From Gnetum montanum (taxonomy: Eukaryota; Plantae; Gnetophyta): a stretch of DNA of 64,000 nucleotides. Positions 56,240-64,000 of this stretch are shown in pieces (position 1 is the first letter of the stretch; every line of letters begins with the position of its first letter). Location: NCBI GenBank assembly GCA_015680685.1, contig MNCI01002155.1:88040-152039 (forward strand), written 5' to 3'. Position numbers and translations under genes: made by a program. The notes under the pieces were generated by a model. It was not told the DNA's origin. It ran no database searches and saw only the letters and a list, made by a program, of their open reading frames with translations.

Positions 56240-58240
56240 TTTCATTTCTAAGTCTATCTTATCATTAGAGCTTAGTTTAACACATTTTGACAATTGTAAA
56301 CTTTATTCAACATTGCTTGATGGGTCTAAGATATGTTAGGTTATTGGATTTAATATTGTAGATAATTATTAATTCTTGTTGAATCTTTTGGATGTTTGGA
56401 CTTGTTAGCTATTGGTTGTATTCCTCCATCATAAACCTTTGGTTTTTGCTTATTTGGATGTTGGTATGGTTGTTGAAAATTGAGAGCAAGCATTGAGTTA
56501 TATAACTAGTTGAAGATGAGCTCCTTGAAAATGTTTGGTGTTTATCCTCCTCTAGGATGCCTTAGTATGGCTTTTATTATAGGCCTCATCCTACATGAGA
56601 GGATGATTCATGAATCATTTCTTTTTTATTTGATATTTCAAAAATATCATAGATGAATCTTGGTTGACACTTTTATCACTAGCATTTTAGTTTGGGACCT
56701 ATAAATCAATTCATATGCATGGTAGCTTAGCATTATGTTTGGAAATTTGAAAAAGTAGAACTAAGTATGGTTCATGCTAGCCTCATTGTTTGTAGGTGAT
56801 GGATGGAGTATGTAATTTGATTCAATTAGATTTTTATGTAATCTTTGAATTTATGTATGATGTATGATCTATGATGTTTAGAGTATTTATGCTTACTATC
56901 ATGTATTACAAGCTATCATGCCTTCACCTAGCTACCATGAGAGTTACCCTCGATGCTAGAGGAGGTGCCAAGCTTTCTCACTTCATGTATACCAATCCCA
57001 TCTCTTATTTTCAAGTCACCAAGGCTAGATGAAGTGAGAATATCTTTGTTATTGCTATTAATTTTAGATTATATGCATGTTTATTTTTAGCATTAGTCTA
57101 TCTCTCTCTTTTTCACATTATAACATTTATGCACATGCATCACTTGTTCCCTTTTATACATCATATTTGGATCATAAATATTTTTATGTATTTTTGAACA
57201 TGTATTGGTAACACTGAATATTTTTTAATTATATTATAATTCCCATATTTTTATACCATTGTTTAATTTATTTTAGCATTATCCTTTAGTTCATGTAATA
57301 TTATGATGTTAATATCAATATTTTATTCTTTTACTATTAATATTCTTTCTTTCCTTAGTCATGGTTTTCATAATATTTTATTTCACTTCCTTATCATTGT
57401 GTTAGGTTATTTCACACCTTTTCTCTCTTGTCATGACTAATTCATTCATTGATAGTTTTATATCTAATGTAATGCTCTCTAATATAAGGCTAAGAAGTAT
57501 GATATTACAAGCTGGTATGAGACCATAGGTTTAATAATTTACTTATTTTTTTAATTGTGTTTAGCAATGGTAAGTGATAGAGGTGGACATGGTTGTGGTT
57601 AGAGGATAGATATTAGGTCTAAGAACCCACCTCTAATAGCTAATTTTATTCTCAATTGAATCAAGAAGCTCACAATGAATCCACAAGTGAAGCTTATTAC
57701 TCCTACTTCTATTGTGAATGAGAAAAATAATTAGAGAAATATTAATTACTATCTATTCTAGTTCCTCCATCAGCATATATAGAAAAACTCAAATAATACA
57801 TTATTGAAATTTGTAGCTTGGGGGAGTACTAGTGATAGAAAATGACTTATGGAATGTGAGCTTATGGAGCAATTCTATAAGATAGGATTATCTATCTTTA
57901 AGGATGAGTAGGACCCTACTACTTCCATGGAGTGGTTAGAGGATGTCATGAACATCTTCAAGTTAACAAGTTGCATTCCTATATAAAAAAATCAATTAGT
58001 AACCTATTAGTTTAAATGTTCTACTAGTTATTAGTGGACTACTTAGGAGAAGTTGTATCATTGGAAGGACTATGATTTCCACATGAGTAACTTCCTAGTT
58101 ACTTTCAATGAGTATTATACTCCTTTAGAGTATGTAGAGGTGAAAGAAAATGAGTTCTATCATCTCTACTATGGAAACCAAACCATAACAATGTACAATT
58201 GCAAGTATTTAGAGCTATAATAGATTTGGAGATCAATGTT
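56240..58240 (+). mobile_element. Tekay/chromovirus-like gypsy fragment (partial LTR, tRNA-Met PBS, gag start)
   Basis: ...ATTACA (57509) followed by TGGTATGAGA, a decayed TGGTATCAGAG. Gag IFKDE*DPTTSMEWLEDVMNIFKLTSC. The left boundary is uncertain. Confidence 0.65.
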
Positions 58241-58639
58241 GGTTTCTACATCCTCATTTGAAGCCACCAAAGGAAAATCCCAAATTAATTACCTAGTTAG
58301 CCTCCATCAAAGAACATATATCAATTAAGAAGCTAATTCATATTCTTAAATAATTAAGTTTAGAACTATTTTCTTCTATTTAGATCTTTAGATAATCAAT
58401 TTGAAGAAATATAAGTAACTAAAGCTTATGAAGTGCAGTAGCAATATAATCAAGATAAAAACCTTGTGGTCTTGTCTACTTGAGATCTTGTCCACCATGT
58501 AGGTCATCTTGTATATCTTAACTTCCTACCAAACTATATCATTAGCTTTATGTATCATGATTCTTCCTATTTAATCTAAAATTATATTTGTTATTATAGT
58601 GTGTCACCTAATTTTCTTACCTTTTTAATCTTAACATCT

Positions 58640-59534
58640 AACTATTAAGAACAAAGAACTTTTCAAGAAGCTATTATGCAATCCATGTGAAGAAATGCCA
58701 TAAAGGAGGAACTTCATGCCTTGGATAGGGATAACACATGGAAAATTATTAATTTACCCAAAGGAAAAAAGGTTATTGATGACAAATGGACTTTCAAGAA
58801 TTAAATTTCTCAATTGTGATGTGTAGAAAGTTACAAAGCTATATTGATTGCTTGAGGTTTTACTCAAATCCATGGTGTTGATTACACTAATAAATTATTC
58901 CCAATAGCCAAAATGACCAGTATATGGGTATTCCTCTTTATTGTTAGCACTCATAATTGGTCTTTATTTCAAATGGATGTGAAAAATGCGTTCCTACATG
59001 ATAATCTTGAGGAAGAAGTATATATGTTTATTCCTTCTAAATATACATAAGAAGGAAAGCATGGCATTTCATGAAAGTTAAATAAGGCTATATATAACCT
59101 TAAACTTGTCTCTGCATGCATCGTGTGCCAAGCATAGTGTTGTTCTATTTGAAATTGGTTATTTTAAAACCTTTGTTGATTCATCCCTATTTGTAAGGAA
59201 AAAGGGGTTAGGTACTATGATTATTTTAATTTATGTTGGTGACATTGTCTTCATAGGAGATGATAATGAAGAAATTCTACAACTTAGAATCCATCTATCT
59301 AGAATATTTGATATGAAGGGTTTGGTTCATTTGAAATATTTTTTTAGAAATTGAAGAAAAATAAATAAAGGCATTTTTATTTGCCAAAGTAAATATGTTC
59401 TTAATCTTCTCAAACAAACTTATAAAATGGATGAAAACTAGCAAACACTCTCATTGATGGTAACCATAAAATTAACATGGTAGAAGTTGAGTTGATGACT
59501 CATGGGAAAACTCATCTACCTTACTATTATCAAG
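58640..59534 (+). mobile_element. Ty1/copia RT fragment, cut by element G
   Basis: TFQEA..AIKEELHAL..NTW, GFTQIHGVDY, FQMDVKNAFLH.NLEEEVYM and LIYVGDI (YVDD). Confidence 0.9.
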
Positions 59535-61585
59535 TGATGAGTGGCAAGGTACCCCTACACTCAACCATACGAAATGAGTGTAGCACACATGATCCAGTCG
59601 AACTCCGCAGACTAAGTGCCTACACGCCCCATGGAACACTTAGGGTTAATTATTTGTTATCTTCCTAGACTTGTAGTTGTCATGGTGTATGGTTAAGTAA
59701 GTATGATGTATATGATTTTTATAGTCTTTTATGTTTTATGTATCCTATGTTATCAAGGTGAAGGGTTGAGAAACTAATTACTAACTCTAACTAATGAACT
59801 AAGTCTAAATTAGCCTAGCGTCAGCATCCGTTCCCACTTACCGTACACACCCTGAACCGATGCAACTGTGGCTACCAAATGCTAATCGTCATTGGGATTA
59901 CCACACGTAACGCACATGCTCGAAGTGGTTGTACTGAGGCACTTAACTAGGAGGAAAGGGTTGAGAGAATCTAATCTAGCCTAAGTGCGATGAGTAGCCA
60001 ATTCCTTGATTATCCGTACACATCATTCGTGCATGACTACCACTAGGATTACCAAGCGCAGATCTTGGATATGCCACTGGGTTACCAAGTAGTCACACTT
60101 AGATGCTCGTAATTAAGTCATAGTCATTTTGCGTTCTAGGAGTTTAAGGGTGAGAGAGAAAGCAATAAATAACATTAAAATAAAATCCTATTCCATGCAC
60201 TGCAAGGTTTATCCAGGAAGTTCGTCTTTATTGCCGTACAAAACTTGTGTTCAGGTACAATGTTGCTCGAATAAAGATCCGTTCACTTTAGGACTCCTAC
60301 TGTGGGCACATGGAAAATATTCTATCTATGGAGTGATCAATTTGCCAGAGTTTCGCTACTTTTAGCCTAGGATGAGGAAACAAGGGAGAGCCTCCTCTTA
60401 TTTATAGATATGACAGCGCACCGCGATATCGTGTATGCGATATCGCAGGGGACGATGCGATATCGCGTACGTGATATCGCAGGGGATGTGATATCATGAC
60501 GGCCGCGATATTGTGTACGCGATATTGCGGCCTATGCGAATTGCATCTCATCATACTCCCATGACTGAATGAAAACTAGTCCTCAAGTTTCTTACAAAAT
60601 ATTGGGAAGGTATGGGATTATTGAGGTGAATGGAACTAATGGGATGACATGTGAACAGATCATCATTACAAGACTTGACAAAACTGGTGTTCATAACAAC
60701 AAGGGTGAACACCTTATTACATTGACATCAGGCCTCATTTGGCAGCTGAGAAAGAGAGAGAGAAAGAAGTGTTACTGCTGCCAATGCCAAGATTTCATCT
60801 TTCATTGTCCATCCGTAAGTGTGCCATCAATCTTGCTCCTTGCATAGCTGCTTCTAGCACTGCTCCATTCCAAGTGTTTGTTCCAGATCCAATCCGTTGT
60901 TCTATGATCACCATCTGCACACACAACACATTCTTGTATTAGCAAGGGTAAATGGATCATCATGTAATTAATACATTGCTTCGGTGTAAGTCCATTGGCT
61001 GAGTTGTGGTATGGCTGATATGGGTCTAGAGATATATTAATGATGACTACTGAAGGTGTAGGGGTTAGGAAAGAATTGAAAAAGTTCGGGGCTAAGAGAA
61101 AATCGAAAAAATCGGACCCCGTATCCCCATGACTAATCGCGAACCTCCGGTAGCGTTAGAATGGAGAAAGAAAAGGAGTAAGAAAGATAGATAAAAAGGG
61201 ACAACTATGGCATTGATGAAATGGATGTCAAGATGGAAATGAAAAAAATAAAAATTAATTGCAAAAATGTTAGGGAAAATAAGTTAACTGGTGCATCAAA
61301 TAGGAACGTGAGTGGGTCCTCCCCAAAGCAGGCTCATGCCCTTAATGCCTTAACAAACCCACATTCAAAGAGTCCGTAGGCTCTAGGAATGTCATTTGGA
61401 ACAAGAGTTAAAGTCTTAACCACAAGAATTTACCAAAAAGAAAACAATGCATCTACCAAAATATATACACTAGTGATACAACCGGCAATAAGGTGAAGAA
61501 TGGAGAGAAGGATGGAATGGAATCCCAAGAACAAGGTGGTGTACAGCCCCTTGTGGGTTTCATGATTAATGTGACCTGGCAAGTT
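59535..61585 (-). mobile_element. 5'-truncated B-family element (G): 3' LTR 59535-60553, PPT and ~1 kb of 3' internal region
   Basis: The reverse complement is colinear with B ~34115-36001. Confidence 0.92.
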
Positions 61586-62239
61586 CAATGAGTGGCCTCA
61601 TTGGTATGGCAAGATGAGTGGCTTAAGGTTATAAATTAGGCTAGAAGTACTAGGATCGATTTTTAGAAATATCTCTCATTCAATGTTGTAATTTCCTACC
61701 TTCTTAATTGTTGGCACATTTGGGCCATTTGATGGAGCAATGAAGGACATTACTAAGGAAAATTTTAATCAACATGAAGGTTAGAAATTTGCTCTATGGA
61801 AAACAAGATTCTTAAGCATGCAAATATAATTATGATGTGCTTTCACATGATTGGGTGCTTAAGAAACTATCACTATCGTGACATTGTCCAAAATATTTAG
61901 GGCATGGAAAAAAAAAGGTTGGCTAGGTGTCCATTATGCTAAAAAAAAAACGGTTGCCATCCTTGGGGAACATTTCATGGGTGTCCATTGTTGCTTACTA
62001 GGAAAAATCATGTTAAATTAGCTGCTACACACAATAGTCCAAATTTTTTTTTAAAAAAGGGATACTATGATTTTTTTAAAAAGAGGTGAAATAGATACCG
62101 CAGCACCTTTTGAGTCTCTCAAAGAGGTAGTGATAAGGTTTGTCACCAACATTTTAGTGATAAAAAGAATAAATTATAAATATTCTTCAAAGTCTTAAGG
62201 TCTTTGGAGAATAGCAAATTTTTTAAGAATAACAGAGTA

Positions 62240-63240
62240 ACGTCACGCGAAAGAGTTGAGGCAGATTTCGTCGAAGACATGAGTCAGGGTCTGCTCGAAA
62301 AAGTGAATTGGTCTGTAGAATAATAGTTCATATTGGCATTGACCTCCACCGGTTGGTAATACTTAAATCTGAAAATCTCTTTGATAATTTGGAAAATACT
62401 TACATACTCAAGAAGGTCAAACGCATCATTTCTGCCGTTCACGTTAGCTGCGATGGGCCGATCAACCTGCTGGTTCAAACATCGATGCTGCTGGTCTCAG
62501 GGTTGGGCCGCAGGAGTTCTAGGAGGGTGTCATGATCAAGTTGTGGCCTTTAGAAGCATGAGTTGAAGCAAAAAGCGTGATGAAGTTCAGCCAGAGAAAT
62601 TTGTCGTTGAAGATATTTGTCACAGTGAACCACAGAATTGGAAGGAGACGTCGAAAACTAAAACCAGCAGATGAGGTAAGCCTGGCACAGAGCACCAACA
62701 CGAAAACCAACATAATGGAAACCAACACAGTGAGGCAGACACGAATTGCACGGAGCAGTAGCAGAGCAGTGGCAATAGGGCAGCGGCAGCGCAATGGAGG
62801 CCGAGCGGTGGTAGAATGGTGGCAGTTACGCTGCGAGACCTGAAGCTGGATTGCAATTTTTGAGGAGGCACCATGGCCGTGGGTCTAGTAAAGTGGCTTC
62901 TGTTACTGTGCAAAATTTGCTCTTTACACTAGTCCAGTAGCAGAGCGGCAGTAGCTCTCTCTGGAGGGGAGCCTTGCAAGAGCCCTCACTCCCGTGACAA
63001 TGGAGAGACGCAGAGACAAAGAGTAGGAGCAAGATCGTGAGAGATGGAGAAAGAGATGGAAACTGCTACTGAACCATGCATAGAAGTGGTTCCAACTACC
63101 ATCATATTTTTGGAAGGTTCAGTGGGCAAGACAAGTTCGATGGAGCGGAGCATAAGCTGCGGAGATGGGCTGCGCACAGGAAAAGCTATTGGGCAGTTGG
63201 TTTAACTGCATACGACATCCTCCATGATATCTCTCGGTTA
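62240..63240. other. CpG-retaining non-TE island, probable 5' end of a minus-strand transcript
   Basis: CpG-rich, unlike its flanks. On the minus strand there is a CT-rich leader (~63065-63000), GCCATGG at ~62877-62871 and a GTAAGT donor at 62403. No recognisable protein. Confidence 0.4.
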
Positions 63241-63425
63241 ACTTTGGAAAATTATTTAAGGCCTTCACTTTTGAAAAATATATTTTCTTTTTTTCTTCAT
63301 TGGCCATCTCCTAAATCAATTTTATATTCAATTATATTTGTTTGTGAAGACCTAGTTTCCTCACTAGACAGAGGAGTTTCTTGAAACATTTCTAAAGCCT
63401 CAACTTAACGGAGATGAACATTGGA

Positions 63426-64000
63426 TGTAAATATTGGATACCTCTATGAAAAAATATATTCAAAGACAAAAATTCATGGGATATTTATCCAATATCATAC
63501 ATGAACTAGACACTTGTCACCTACAACTTGTTTATCTCCATGGTGACCACTTGGCGACTGAATGAAGACACTTGGCAACTAAACGAAGACACTTGGCACC
63601 TGAATGAAGACACTTGTCACCTGAATAGGCGACTTGGCAACTAGATGGGACATTTGTCAATAGTTGTAACTTACCTAACTACCTTTGAACCCTATAAAAA
63701 GGCTTTAGGGGTCAAGGAGGGAGGATCATCATCACTTGGGGTCTCATACATCACACTTTTGAGAAGACATTGGGATCACACTTGGGCTCTCACTTGGAGA
63801 CACACTTGGGGTCTTGAGAAGAGCATTGTAAAGAAGAAATTGTGAACGATTACTTGTAAGATGGCTTGCTAGAGTATAGATTTCAGCCTCTTTATCATAG
63901 TCCTATGAGTTATGTTTTATTTTTTTTATTTTTTTTAAATTGTTTAGCTAGTGGTTTAGATAGTATCATCCTTGGCAAGTAATTTTGGGATTTTTAAATT
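63426..64000 (+). mobile_element. Probable start of another LTR with 21-bp U3 repeats
   Basis: TGTAAATA start, GACACTTGGCACCTGAATGAA-like units at 63510-63660 and CCTATAAAA at ~63691. Runs off the window. Confidence 0.5.

Larger units (their letters stand above)
27581..56240 (+). mobile_element. Old Athila-like element C, split by B and D (pieces 27581-28821, 36007-37151, ~54824-56240); 3' part lost
   Basis: 5' LTR at 27581-28400 (TGATG..CATCA) and PBS TGGCACTATTGCTAGG at 28402. Gag homology to B is continuous across both insertions (YAQGRL.KMK | PH...VAKKEE). Protease to ~56230. Confidence 0.8.

Noticed and set aside
62950-63030. miR535/miR156-like sequence TGACAATGGAGAGACGCA
   Set aside because: Several mismatches to the conserved mature miRNAs and no star arm forming a precursor hairpin.
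62381-63384. Overlapping short ORFs on both strands as protein genes
   Set aside because: No recognisable domain. Many open frames are expected in GC-richer sequence.
63510-63660. 21-bp repeats (and the 42.9 kb and 53.1 kb arrays) as CRISPR-like arrays
   Set aside because: The units are head-to-tail with no unique spacers, there are no cas genes, and the context is eukaryotic TE.

Overview
A land-plant nuclear region (probably a large-genome non-flowering plant, which is an inference). It holds one clearly intact host gene, the five-exon 60S ribosomal protein L19 gene (RPL19, 15747-17518, +), inside heavily decayed, nested retrotransposons. An L1-type LINE is split by a full-length Athila-like Ty3/gypsy element (A, TSD AATGA), which itself carries a solo-LTR-like insertion (TSD ATGAT). 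Further right are Copia remnants and older Athila-like remnants (E, F, C). Element C hosts a non-autonomous gag-protease-only Athila derivative (B, TSD ACTAT) and a ~17.7 kb Tat/Ogre-like element on the minus strand (D). A Tekay-like fragment, a truncated B-family copy (G) and a CpG-rich non-TE island at 62.2-63.2 kb follow. The most unusual signal is inside element D. A ~6.8 kb GT..AG-bounded interval separates protease from RT. It carries a satellite array and a decayed, antisense, multi-exon gene whose translation resembles an FCP1/NIF-type HAD phosphatase domain fused to a plant-transposon (PMD/Transposase_32-like) domain. A short, ancestrally CpG-rich motif is repeated in D's LTR, 5' leader and this interval. 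All domain calls come from manual translation and motif recognition; no database searches were run.
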